Shown in pieces: positions 47,896-58,595 of a stretch of DNA of 64,000 nucleotides. The position numbers were made by a program, and so were the translations under genes. Under the pieces are notes generated by a model. It was given only the letters and a program-made list of their open reading frames with translations, was not told where the DNA came from and made no database searches. Position 1 is the stretch's first letter; each line of letters opens with the position of its first letter. This DNA comes from an uncultured Eubacteriales bacterium. Its GTDB lineage: Bacteria; Bacillota; Clostridia; Oscillospirales; CAG-382. Location: contig URVJ01000012.1 in NCBI GenBank assembly GCA_900551295.1, positions 1,861 to 65,860 of the forward strand. Direction: 5' to 3'.

Positions 47896-48963
47896 GTGAC
47901 TAAAACGGTATGCATTATAACAGAGCCGTCATACGGCAGCAGTATGTGGGGAAAAGTCATGGCGGAATCGTTAAAGGCTCAGCTTAAACAAAAACGTATT
48001 CCCTATGAAGAAAATCCGAAAGAAATAGGCGCGGACACCGAATGTGTGTTTCTTATCGCGTCGGACGAAGTATGGATAAAAAACAACATACGCCTCATCA
48101 CGGGCACTGGATTTAAGACTGTTTTATTATGCAGCCGCCGTACCGAAATTCCGGGATATGTTTATAGCAGCGTCTATTCGGATATTTCGGGTTCGTTAAA
48201 GCACATGATCTCAAAATACTTTATTCCCGGCAAAACAAGAGCAGCGCTCTATGCCGTAAACCAAAGTTCGGCGTCGGACGCGGGAAAATTGAACGCTCTG
48301 CGCTGCTGCACGGGAGAATTTTTCGATTCGTTCACAACTATCCTAAACGTCGGTTCTCTCGAAAAATGCTTTGAGGAATTCAAGCCCGCCGCGCACAAGA
48401 CAGATCTATGCATTGCCTTTAACGACTTTGCGGCAATTTCGCTTGTGCGAAACATAAAGAAAAGCTGTCCCGAAATTTTGGGAAAACTCAAAATTATAAG
48501 CTTTGCGCAGACGCAGCTTTCATCATTTTACAGAGAATATTTTGAAAGCATAGACACAAATTATGAAAGCTTCGGAAAGACCGCTGTCTATATTTATGAA
48601 AAGATAAAAAAGCACCCGTACATGACGGGTATTTCGATAGGCGTAGGCACATATCCCGAAAGCCAAGAAAAAAGCGCCGCCAAGGCTGTATGTCCCGACG
48701 GCACGACAGGTTCGGCATCATTCTATTCCGACAGCGAACTGCACTCTCTTTCAGCCGCCGAATGTTTCCTTAACACAAGCAACGAAACCGACAAGGAGAT
48801 ATTCCGTATGCTGTGTCAAGGCTTTACGCTCGAACAGACGGCGGAAAAGTGTTTTCTTACCGAAAGCGGCGTAAAATACCGCATAAAAAGGCTGGCATCG
48901 CTGTGCAAAGTCAACGGGCGTGACGAGCTTTGCAAGATACTTATGCGTTGTGATATATTTTAA
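47896..48963 (+). CDS. transcriptional regulator: LacI-type (periplasmic-binding-protein-like I) sugar-sensor domain fused to C-terminal LuxR/GerE HTH
   Basis: N-terminus TVCIITEPSYGSSMW...AFNDFAAISLVRNIKK resembles a LacI effector domain without its HTH. C-terminus EIFRMLCQGFTLEQTAEKCFLTESGVKYRIKRL resembles a LuxR-type HTH. Confidence 0.65.
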   Translation: MTKTVCIITEPSYGSSMWGKVMAESLKAQLKQKRIPYEENPKEIGADTECVFLIASDEVWIKNNIRLITGTGFKTVLLCSRRTEIPGYVYSSVYSDISGSLKHMISKYFIPGKTRAALYAVNQSSASDAGKLNALRCCTGEFFDSFTTILNVGSLEKCFEEFKPAAHKTDLCIAFNDFAAISLVRNIKKSCPEILGKLKIISFAQTQLSSFYREYFESIDTNYESFGKTAVYIYEKIKKHPYMTGISIGVGTYPESQEKSAAKAVCPDGTTGSASFYSDSELHSLSAAECFLNTSNETDKEIFRMLCQGFTLEQTAEKCFLTESGVKYRIKRLASLCKVNGRDELCKILMRCDIF

Positions 48964-49802
48964 CCGTTACCGTTTCTCTTTGCATATTCGGAAGGACTTA
49001 TTCCGGTATGTTTTTTGAAAAACCTGCTGAAATACAGCGGATCGGAAAATCCGCACAAATAAGCCGCTTCCTTTACAGTCAGATCGGTATTTTTCAGAAT
49101 TCTCATACATTCGCACATTCTTACGTCATTGTGATACTTATGGAACGGCTGCCCTGTATATTTTTTAAAAAGGTGAAGAAACCTGTCTGTACTCACACCT
49201 GAATTTTTCGCAAAGATTTCAATGTCTATTTTTTCATTGTAGTGAGTATGAATATAGTCTTTAAGCGCACTAATTTGTATCTGCGCATCAATTGCCGGCT
49301 TTAACGAACGTGAAAGTTCAGTGATAAAGCATATAAGAAGCCCCGTACACTTTATTGCAGACAAATTATTTGCGTTTCGATATTCTCTGACAAGTGTTTC
49401 TGCACATTTAACTGTCTGAGCAGGACTTTTGCTTATATACACTCCGCTTTCAAGGAGGCATTCACGCATAATTTCCGAAACACGCGTTCCTGAAAAGTGA
49501 ATCCAAAAAGAAACAGTTTTTTGAGGTGAACAATAAGTGTATTTCTGTTTCTGTCCCGGATAATAAATTACAAATCCGTTTTTCTCTATAGTATATTCTT
49601 TGCCGTCAAACTCGGCAATGCATTCTCCCTCGGATATATAAAGAATGTGATAGTCCTTTCTGCCGCGTTCACGAATGTTAACAAACCGTTTTCCCGGATA
49701 AAGTACTGATTCTCCACAGCTGTTAAGTTCAAATTCAAATTTTGATATTTTGTCGGTTGTATCACAGATATTTCCGTTATAAATACTCGTCACTTTCGTC
49801 AC
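48960..49802 (-). CDS. AraC-family transcriptional regulator (cupin + HTH_AraC)
   Basis: C-terminal HTH (FAKNSGVSTDRFLHLFKKYTGQPFHKY...AAYLCGFSDPLYFSRFFKKHTGISPSEY). Divergent from the GH4 gene. Confidence 0.9.
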   Translation of the reverse strand: MTKVTSIYNGNICDTTDKISKFEFELNSCGESVLYPGKRFVNIRERGRKDYHILYISEGECIAEFDGKEYTIEKNGFVIYYPGQKQKYTYCSPQKTVSFWIHFSGTRVSEIMRECLLESGVYISKSPAQTVKCAETLVREYRNANNLSAIKCTGLLICFITELSRSLKPAIDAQIQISALKDYIHTHYNEKIDIEIFAKNSGVSTDRFLHLFKKYTGQPFHKYHNDVRMCECMRILKNTDLTVKEAAYLCGFSDPLYFSRFFKKHTGISPSEYAKRNGNG

Positions 49803-49926
49803 CTCAAAGTAATAATATCATATTTTGCCTGTTTTGTCCATGCTTTTAACTGAAAAGTGTATTCACAGCCACACATTTTTGTGCTAAAATCTGTTTATAA
49901 AACAAACTCATGAGGAGGTACAAAAA

Positions 49927-51237
49927 ATGAAAATATCTTTTATAGGTGCCGGTTCGGTTCAGTTTACAAAAAGCTGTGTCAGAGATCTTCTGACATATCC
50001 TGCCTTTTCCGAATGCGAATTCGCACTAATGGACACAAATACGTATAACCTGGACAGAATTTCCGAAATATGCGAAAACATACTTAAGGTAATGAACTGT
50101 CCCAAAGCAAAAATTACCAAGACGACCGATCGCACGGAAGTTCTCAAAGGTGCTGACGGTGTTCTGTGTACCGTATTTAACGGAGACGTTGATATATGGC
50201 GTCACGAAATAGAAATACCCGCAAAATACGGTGTCGACATAAACGTTGGAGACACAAGAAACGTTGCGGGAATATTCAGAGCTTTAAGAAACATTCCTCT
50301 TATGCTTGAAATTTGCCGTGACATAGAAAAATATTGTCCAAACGCAGTATTTCTCAACTATACAAACCCTATGTCCATGCTATGCGGCGCTATGCAGAAA
50401 AATTCTTCTGTCGAAGTCACAGGTCTTTGCCACAGCGTTCAGGGTACTGTAAGAATGCTTGCAGAGTGGCTGAAAATTCCTAAAAACGAAATTGTCTACA
50501 AGTGCATGGGTGTAAATCACCAAGCATTTTATACTATACTTGAGCACAACGGCGAAAGCCTTTACCCAAAACTGAGAGAACTATTGAAAACCCCCGAATA
50601 CTATAACAAGGAAATGGTCCGCAACGAGATGTTCTTAAAGCTCGGTTATTATGTAACCGAATCCAGCGGTCACAATTCAGAATACAATCAGTGGTTCAGA
50701 AAGCGTCCCGATCTTTTGGAAAAATACTGCACACACGGAACGGATTGGAACCCCGGACTTCACGCTTTTTCACTGAATCTTAGGCTTGAACGCAAAAATG
50801 ACATTGAAAAGTATTACAATGAAGCGGCAGCTCAGACAATTTCAACAGAAAAAAGTGATGAGTATGCTGCCGACATATTCAACGCACGTCTCGGCGACGG
50901 AAAGCCGTTTATATTCAACGGAAACGTGTTGAACCACGGCTCTATTCCGAATCTGCCTTATGATGCCTGCGTAGAAGTACCTGTGGTTGCAGACAGAATG
51001 GGGATTAAAACAACCATTGCCGGAGAATTGCCTGCACACCTTGCAATACTTGTAAACACAACAGCAAGAATTGAAAACCTTGTTGAAGAAGCCGCCGTTA
51101 CCAAAAGCAAGGAAATGGTATATCAGGCAGTCTTCAACGACCCGCTTACTTCAGCGGTTTGTTCGCTTGATGAAATTGTAAAGATGTGCGACGAGATATT
51201 TGAGAAGAACGTACATTACCTCGGAGACTACAAATAA
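49927..51237 (+). CDS. glycoside hydrolase family 4 (NAD+/Mn2+-dependent alpha-galactosidase/alpha-glucosidase, MelA-like)
   Basis: MKISFIGAGSVQFTK Rossmann N-terminus, NYTNPM, GLCHSV and GVNHQ motifs. GAGGAGG upstream. Confidence 0.88.
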   Translation: MKISFIGAGSVQFTKSCVRDLLTYPAFSECEFALMDTNTYNLDRISEICENILKVMNCPKAKITKTTDRTEVLKGADGVLCTVFNGDVDIWRHEIEIPAKYGVDINVGDTRNVAGIFRALRNIPLMLEICRDIEKYCPNAVFLNYTNPMSMLCGAMQKNSSVEVTGLCHSVQGTVRMLAEWLKIPKNEIVYKCMGVNHQAFYTILEHNGESLYPKLRELLKTPEYYNKEMVRNEMFLKLGYYVTESSGHNSEYNQWFRKRPDLLEKYCTHGTDWNPGLHAFSLNLRLERKNDIEKYYNEAAAQTISTEKSDEYAADIFNARLGDGKPFIFNGNVLNHGSIPNLPYDACVEVPVVADRMGIKTTIAGELPAHLAILVNTTARIENLVEEAAVTKSKEMVYQAVFNDPLTSAVCSLDEIVKMCDEIFEKNVHYLGDYK

Positions 51238-51262
51238 CCTAATAATATCCGAAAATAAATAT

Positions 51263-51300
51263 TGTCCGATGCCAGTTAAAGCATCGGACATTTTGCTTTT
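51263..51300 (+). terminator. rho-independent terminator of GH4 gene
   Basis: TGTCCGATGC, an 8-nt loop, GCATCGGACA, then TTTTGCTTTT. Confidence 0.85.
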
Positions 51301-52288
51301 ATGTGGTTCTGACAATTTCACTTACCTTATCGAGCGCATTTTTTCTGCTCTCTATATACTCATACGCCTGTATTGCGGCAACCGCGCCGTCAGAAGCTGC
51401 GGTTATAAGCTGATGCAGCGGCTTTTTTCTTACGTCTCCGGCAGCAAAAACGCCGGGGACATTTGTTTGCATATTTTCGTCCGTCACAATATAGCCGTGA
51501 GCGTCAAGAGTGAGTTCATTTCTGAAAATATCAGAGTTAGGCTCAAATCCGACGAACACAAACACGCCGAACGCACCCTCGGTGCTGTTTACGGTATATT
51601 CCGTAAACTTCTTGTCCTTTGTATTTTCGCAAAGCACGGTTTTTATGCTGTCATATCCCGACACCTTACGCATTTCGGTATTATACAGCACCTCTATATT
51701 TTCTCTTTCTTCAAGTCTCTTTTTAAGATCCTCCGCGCACTTAAAACTGTCCGCACGCACAAGGCATTTTACACTACGGCAGATTCGTGAAAGATAAATC
51801 GACTCCTTTGCCGCGCTTTCTCCTCCGCCGATTACGAAAACGTCCTTGCCCCGCCAGAAAAATCCGTCGCACACAGCGCATCTGCTCACTCCGCGTCCGG
51901 CATATTCGGTTTCACCTTCAAAGCCTGCTTTTCTCGGTCTTGCACCCGACGCGCATATAACGGTTTTTGCGCCGAACACGCCCTTATCGGTAATACATAC
52001 CTTTATAAGCTCGGAAAGCTTTGTTTCGAGCAGTTTACAGTTTACAAGCTCCGCGCCGAAAGACTCTGCCTGTTTGAGCAGATTTTCCGCAAGCTTTGTA
52101 CCGGAAATTTCCGAAAATCCGGGATAATTTCTTATATCGTCGGTTATGGTCGCCTGTCCGCCGACTACTCCCTGTTCGAGGATCACTGTATGAAGTCCGG
52201 CGCGCGCGGCATAAAGCCCTGCGCAGAGTCCCGCAACTCCTCCGCCGGCAATTACAACATCATAAAGCTTTTCAGACACAAAAAGCAC
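51299..52288 (-). CDS. trxB: thioredoxin-reductase-like flavoprotein (low-Mr TrxR fold, atypical pyridine-nucleotide site)
   Basis: GGGVAGLCAG FAD motif, CAVC redox-active disulfide, GGGESA, and the GVFAAGD motif. VRADSFKC sits where NADPH-dependent TrxR has HRRDxFRA. Confidence 0.8.
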   Translation of the reverse strand: MLFVSEKLYDVVIAGGGVAGLCAGLYAARAGLHTVILEQGVVGGQATITDDIRNYPGFSEISGTKLAENLLKQAESFGAELVNCKLLETKLSELIKVCITDKGVFGAKTVICASGARPRKAGFEGETEYAGRGVSRCAVCDGFFWRGKDVFVIGGGESAAKESIYLSRICRSVKCLVRADSFKCAEDLKKRLEERENIEVLYNTEMRKVSGYDSIKTVLCENTKDKKFTEYTVNSTEGAFGVFVFVGFEPNSDIFRNELTLDAHGYIVTDENMQTNVPGVFAAGDVRKKPLHQLITAASDGAVAAIQAYEYIESRKNALDKVSEIVRTT

Positions 52289-52426
52289 TTCCTTTATATT
52301 TTTTTCTTAGTATCTGCAAAAGCTTTCAAAAGCATACGCAAAAATTTCCGTTTTGAAAATGCAAAAAAACAGCCCGACGGGAGCTTTTTTGTCCTATCAG
52401 GCCGTACATATTAATTATTTACCGAT

Positions 52427-55372
52427 TTATTTTTTAAGATAAACCTTATTACCCTTTATCTCATACGTATATCCGAAGAGATCTGCGTATTCGTCGAGAG
52501 ATACCGACGGAATTCCGTCCTTGAGATATACGGGACGCGCGAGTGTAAAGCTTTCTCCGTTCTTTTCGGCGTATGCCTTGCCTACGGTGAATGTCAGCTT
52601 ATCTTCTCCGTGAGTTACTTCCAGTATACCCTCGTCCTTGTGCCATTCGTAACGGCAATCTCTGAGAATACCGCTTGACGGATCGAGAGGAACATATACT
52701 TTTCCGTTCTTTGTTTCGGGATAATCTCCGAAGAACATCTGCTTTCCGTCATAGTCATATATAGTGGTATGCTCAACGCCTGCGAAGAACGATATGCTCT
52801 CTATCTCAAAATCACCGGGATTTATTGTCGGATAGAACTTGATGCCGTTTATTGTTCCCCTCCAGCAAGGATTGGTATCAAGCTGAATTATATGCTGTTC
52901 TCTTTCGGTTGACGCCGCCCAATGGTCAAAGCGTGCGTTTATGTCGAAGTTTTCGCCGTCGTTTGACGGTATGAATCTCGACAGAGCCGTTCCGCCGCCG
53001 GCAGGTTTTCCGGAAATGATTATCTTTGCATAAGCGATATCCGCGCAGTCAAGTCCGCAGCCGCGAAGCGTCATTGAAGCTTCTCTTTCGGTTGCCTTGC
53101 CGACAAGTTTTCCGTCCTTTATCTCGACTTTATCCATGTTCTCAAACGTCCATGCGTCAAGGTCTGCCTTTGTCTTGAACTCAAACTTCTTTACAAGAGT
53201 ATCGGCCGCAGGGAATGGTCTTGAATCGTACTTTGTTCTTGCAAGTTTTCTTCTCGACTGAACGTGCAGATAGCAGATACGCGAGAGTTGTTCTTCATCG
53301 GGAACCGCGTCTTTATGAGGAGTATCTATGCATACCGCTTTTCTTACGGCGTCGAGATATCCGAATCCGTTAAGTCCCGACGGCATCATATACGTACCCT
53401 CTCCGTATTCGTTCCATGTGGAAAGGTGCAGCATTTTTGACTTCCACGAGTTTTTCTCGTATTTCGGAAGTATCTCGTCCATGCAGTATACAAGTCCGTT
53501 ATACATATCCTGGCACGAAAGGTTGGGACGTCTGTCTCCTCCCCAGCCGACATTCTTGAATCCTACGCTTACGGTCGGAACTATATGAACCTGATTCATA
53601 TTTATATTATTGAGGTTGCACTCAATGTTCTTTTCAAGCTTATACCCTTCTCCGCCCCAATGATATGCATGGAACGCGTCAAAACCGAGTCTCTTCAGGT
53701 CATGCGGATTTGCGTGGCAGCCCATTATGATAAGATCGTCGTAACCGAGCTTTTTAACCTCGTCTCTGAGGTACTGAAGTCCCTCTCTTGTATTTGCCTC
53801 ACCGCCGAGATCTCTCTCAACGCAGTTTACGCCGAAGCACGACATTATTGCCTTATTGTCTATGCTTGCATATCTCGGATCGGAGAAGAAGTAGTCTATC
53901 CAGTACGGTACAAGATACTTCTTGAATGCCTCAAGTCCGTTCGGGTGCGCACAGTTTGCAGCTTCCCACAAAAGCGCAAGCTTCATATTATCTGCATATT
54001 TTGCATGGAAATGTCCCTGATGTATCGCATACGAAAGTCCGGTTGACTTAAGAGGCGCGTCGGATTCGGAGGAATACCAGCAATAAAGCTCATAGTCAAC
54101 ACCGTGCTCCGCAAGGAACTTTATTTCCCAGTCCGCAGTCTCCGGAAGTCCCTCGTCATAATATCCAAGAACCGGCTTTACGTCGTCGAACGGCGTTATT
54201 GCGTCCCAGCCGAAGTGCGAGCCTTCATGCCAGAGCGAGCAGATATTCATACCTACGAAATAGTCGCCCTTTTTCTTGGGTATAACGGGTGCCGGAACAT
54301 AATCTTCGGGTTCGTCGGGCATATTCCAGACGAGTATATCGGTAAACATTGCGTCGGCTGCCTTTTTGCCCTCAAATGAGAACTCAAACGTGTCGGCAAA
54401 GGCTGCGGGCTCGTCAAAGTCAAGCACCTTTGTCTTTTTACCGTTGAGCCATACGAGAACCTTGCCGGTTCTTGTGTCAGCCTCCATTCTCATGGTCTGC
54501 CATACGTTTACGTGGTGTGAACGCAGCAGCGTATCGCCGTGCATAAGCGCGTCGCCGTCGTCATATACACAAATCAAAGTATTGCTGCCGTTTTTAAGCT
54601 TTAATGTCACTCTGCCGCACTTTGACGGTGTGTGATACTTTATTTCAAACGCGGTCTTGCCTTCGGATTTTTCAAATACTCTCGAAACGGCAGCGCCCGT
54701 ATTCTTTGCAGCCTTTATAAAGTAGCAGAGTGCCGCTTTTCCTTCTACTCTGTAATCTGTTTCAACCTTTGCGCCGTTTGACGCTACGAGATATTCCTCG
54801 GGAAGAGCGCCGGTTATTCCCTGTCTTACAAAGTCGTTTACAAGATAGTTTACATACAGCTTTGTGAATGCAACGGCACAAGCGCCCATGTCCTTTTTGC
54901 CATATCCTATACGTATGCAGGACATATCCAGTCCGGTTCTCTCAAAGTCATATTCTCCGCGGAACTTATCGTCCACCGTGAGCTTTGCTTTACCGGTTCT
55001 CATATCCATTACGGCTTTGATATATCTTCTTCCGTAATCAAATCCGCATACACCGGTGTTTCCGGCATAAAGCACGTTTCCTACGGTGTGCAGATCCAAA
55101 AATGCGTCGTCGCGCGAGCCGAAAATTATATGAAGTCCGTCGCCGCTCTTATTATCTATAACGCCCTCATATGTGAGCACTCCGCCGTTAAACGCGCGGA
55201 CGTCTCTGCGGTACAGAACCTCTCCGTCCTTATCGGAATTGAGGAAATTCTTGCCGTGCTCCGGACCTTCTCCGTCGCCGAAGTAATCCCATCCGGAACG
55301 AAGTCCTCCCCAACCGTACATATCATTGTCATCAATAAGATAGACAGCGTCTTTAATTTCTTTACTCATCAT
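52427..55372 (-). CDS. large multidomain cytoplasmic protein with central WbsX/GH99-like domain and C-terminal copper-amine-oxidase-N-like domain (tentative)
   Basis: GGAGAGG lies 8 nt upstream of ATG 55372. Central region PVLGYYDEGLPETADWEIKFLAEHGVDYELYCWY resembles WbsX/GH99-like proteins. The C-terminal 90 aa resembles Cu_amine_oxidN1 stalk domains. No signal peptide. Confidence 0.45.
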   Translation of the reverse strand: MMSKEIKDAVYLIDDNDMYGWGGLRSGWDYFGDGEGPEHGKNFLNSDKDGEVLYRRDVRAFNGGVLTYEGVIDNKSGDGLHIIFGSRDDAFLDLHTVGNVLYAGNTGVCGFDYGRRYIKAVMDMRTGKAKLTVDDKFRGEYDFERTGLDMSCIRIGYGKKDMGACAVAFTKLYVNYLVNDFVRQGITGALPEEYLVASNGAKVETDYRVEGKAALCYFIKAAKNTGAAVSRVFEKSEGKTAFEIKYHTPSKCGRVTLKLKNGSNTLICVYDDGDALMHGDTLLRSHHVNVWQTMRMEADTRTGKVLVWLNGKKTKVLDFDEPAAFADTFEFSFEGKKAADAMFTDILVWNMPDEPEDYVPAPVIPKKKGDYFVGMNICSLWHEGSHFGWDAITPFDDVKPVLGYYDEGLPETADWEIKFLAEHGVDYELYCWYSSESDAPLKSTGLSYAIHQGHFHAKYADNMKLALLWEAANCAHPNGLEAFKKYLVPYWIDYFFSDPRYASIDNKAIMSCFGVNCVERDLGGEANTREGLQYLRDEVKKLGYDDLIIMGCHANPHDLKRLGFDAFHAYHWGGEGYKLEKNIECNLNNINMNQVHIVPTVSVGFKNVGWGGDRRPNLSCQDMYNGLVYCMDEILPKYEKNSWKSKMLHLSTWNEYGEGTYMMPSGLNGFGYLDAVRKAVCIDTPHKDAVPDEEQLSRICYLHVQSRRKLARTKYDSRPFPAADTLVKKFEFKTKADLDAWTFENMDKVEIKDGKLVGKATEREASMTLRGCGLDCADIAYAKIIISGKPAGGGTALSRFIPSNDGENFDINARFDHWAASTEREQHIIQLDTNPCWRGTINGIKFYPTINPGDFEIESISFFAGVEHTTIYDYDGKQMFFGDYPETKNGKVYVPLDPSSGILRDCRYEWHKDEGILEVTHGEDKLTFTVGKAYAEKNGESFTLARPVYLKDGIPSVSLDEYADLFGYTYEIKGNKVYLKK

Positions 55373-55616
55373 TTTAACCACTCTCCCGTTTGATTTCAGC
55401 CTGAATTCGGCTTGAGTTTAGTTAAGTTTAGCAAAAGAGCAAGAGTTCGTCAAGCGCAAAAGCGAAAAAAATCCAATTTAAGCCGTCGACTTGAAAATAC
55501 TCTCATTTTCTCATTATTTTTCTTAAAAACTCACAATTTAGTTAATAAAGCACAAAAAAACGACTGCGTTTCAGTCAAATAAACCAAAACACAGCCGTCA
55601 AACCAAAAAAGTATTT

Positions 55617-56459
55617 TCAGATCCTGTCAAGAATATCGCAGAGAGCCTTATATGCGCAGGCAAATCTTCTGGAATTTACTTCGGTAAACTCACTTACGGG
55701 CTTTCCTGCATCTGACGGAACTTCATAATTGGACAGGTGCGGCTCAAGGCTTAAAAATCCGTCATAACCGTTCTTATAGAGGTCTTTGAGAATAGCCTCT
55801 ACATTGCCGTCGCCGAATCCGACGGGAACAACGTGACCGTTCTTTATGCAGTCCTTGATATGTATATATTCAATATAAGGCTTTAACATATCGTAAGCTT
55901 CGAGAGTATCCTGGGAGCACTCTACAAAGTTTGAAAAGTCAAACACTGCTCTGAAATTGTCGGACTTTATCTGCTCAAACAGCGTTTTGCATCTTACGGC
56001 GATATTTCCGTATATGCCCTTTTCGTTTTCATGGAGAAGAACAACGCCGTTCTGCGCCGCGTATTCAACCATCTTTCCGAGCTTTTCAACGACAAATCCC
56101 GTATAATCTTCAGGCTTTTCGTTTTCGGGCATAAAAAAGCTGAACGCTCTTATATACTTTGCACCGAGAGTGTTTGCAACCTCAACGGTATTCTTAAAAA
56201 GGTCGAAGTGCGCGTCAAAATCGTCCGTCGTCTTGATCTTGCCTATCGGAGAACCTATCGACGAAACCGTGATTCCGTAACAGCCCATTATTTTTTTTAG
56301 GGTTGCGGTCTCGTATTTATTGAGATTTGAAACATTCTTACCGTCGATTACGCGAGGCTCGAAATACTTAATTCCGAGTTTTGAAATAACGTCGAACTGC
56401 TTTATTATACCTGCGTCTATTTCATCGGAAAATCCTGATATGAGATAATTTTTATTCAT
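55617..56459 (-). CDS. sugar phosphate isomerase/epimerase (xylose isomerase-like TIM barrel)
   Basis: About 280 aa with the alternating pattern FEPR...IRAFSFF...LLHENE...DFSNF...HIKD...LSLEPH typical of the AP_endonuc_2 / TIM-barrel family. Confidence 0.8.
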   Translation of the reverse strand: MNKNYLISGFSDEIDAGIIKQFDVISKLGIKYFEPRVIDGKNVSNLNKYETATLKKIMGCYGITVSSIGSPIGKIKTTDDFDAHFDLFKNTVEVANTLGAKYIRAFSFFMPENEKPEDYTGFVVEKLGKMVEYAAQNGVVLLHENEKGIYGNIAVRCKTLFEQIKSDNFRAVFDFSNFVECSQDTLEAYDMLKPYIEYIHIKDCIKNGHVVPVGFGDGNVEAILKDLYKNGYDGFLSLEPHLSNYEVPSDAGKPVSEFTEVNSRRFACAYKALCDILDRI

Positions 56460-56571
56460 GGCTTTTACCCTCCTGCGATACTCTGAAGATTATACCAAAA
56501 ATATCCGTTTATATCAACATTTTGTGTGCGTTTGACATCCGATATTGATACTTTCTTATACGATTCTGATA

Positions 56572-57885
<1,314 letters not shown>

Positions 57886-57953
57886 TTATTATCAACAAAA
57901 GGCCACCGGATTATCCGACAGCCTTGTTTTAACCGTATGAATTTTGAGAAAAC

Positions 57954-58232
57954 TTACGCCTCGTAGACGCTTACTTTCTTTCTTCCGCCGGAAATATGCT
58001 CGAACTTAACTTTGCCTGCGGTAAGAGCGAAAAGTGTATCATCGGTTCCGATACCTACGTTTGTACCGGGATGAATGTGAGTTCCTCTCTGTCTTACAAT
58101 TATGTTGCCTGCAACAACAGGCTGACCGTCAGCCTTCTTTACGCCGAGACGCTTAGACTCGGAATCACGGCCGTTCTTTGTAGAACCGACACCTTTTTTA
58201 TGAGCAAAAAACTGAATGCCTAATCTTAACAT
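57954..58232 (-). CDS. rpmA: 50S ribosomal protein L27 (with N-terminal propeptide)
   Basis: [10 protein letters not shown]|[22 protein letters not shown]. The Firmicutes-type cleavable extension sits before the conserved AHKK. Confidence 0.97.
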   Translation of the reverse strand: MLRLGIQFFAHKKGVGSTKNGRDSESKRLGVKKADGQPVVAGNIIVRQRGTHIHPGTNVGIGTDDTLFALTAGKVKFEHISGGRKKVSVYEA

Positions 58233-58236
58233 TACC

Positions 58237-58581
58237 TTACACCTCCGTTGTTATTTCTACGAATTCGGGATAGCTCTCGGACAGATCCGAAACAAACTGC
58301 GCATATCCCTCAATTATACGTCTTGCCATCTCGGACTGCTCTTTTGTGCAGCTCAATGAAAGACGCGCTTTCGGAACATCACCGTCAAAGTCCGTATCAA
58401 AATCAATATCGGATTTTTCAAGTATGTCCATTACAAGTTCAAGTGCCGATGAAAGTGCCGCGCACACTATATCGCTTCCGTTTTCCGAGTACCCCGAATG
58501 TCCTTCGGAAAGCACCGTGTATGACAAAAGCTCATGTCCGTTCCGCTTTGCTTTTTCGGCTTTAACGAAAACCTGCGTCAT
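58237..58581 (-). CDS. prp: ribosomal-processing cysteine protease Prp
   Basis: [23 protein letters not shown] contains the catalytic His/Cys pair. Located between rplU and rpmA. Confidence 0.92.
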   Translation of the reverse strand: MTQVFVKAEKAKRNGHELLSYTVLSEGHSGYSENGSDIVCAALSSALELVMDILEKSDIDFDTDFDGDVPKARLSLSCTKEQSEMARRIIEGYAQFVSDLSESYPEFVEITTEV

Positions 58582-58595
58582 AACCGATTCTTCAA

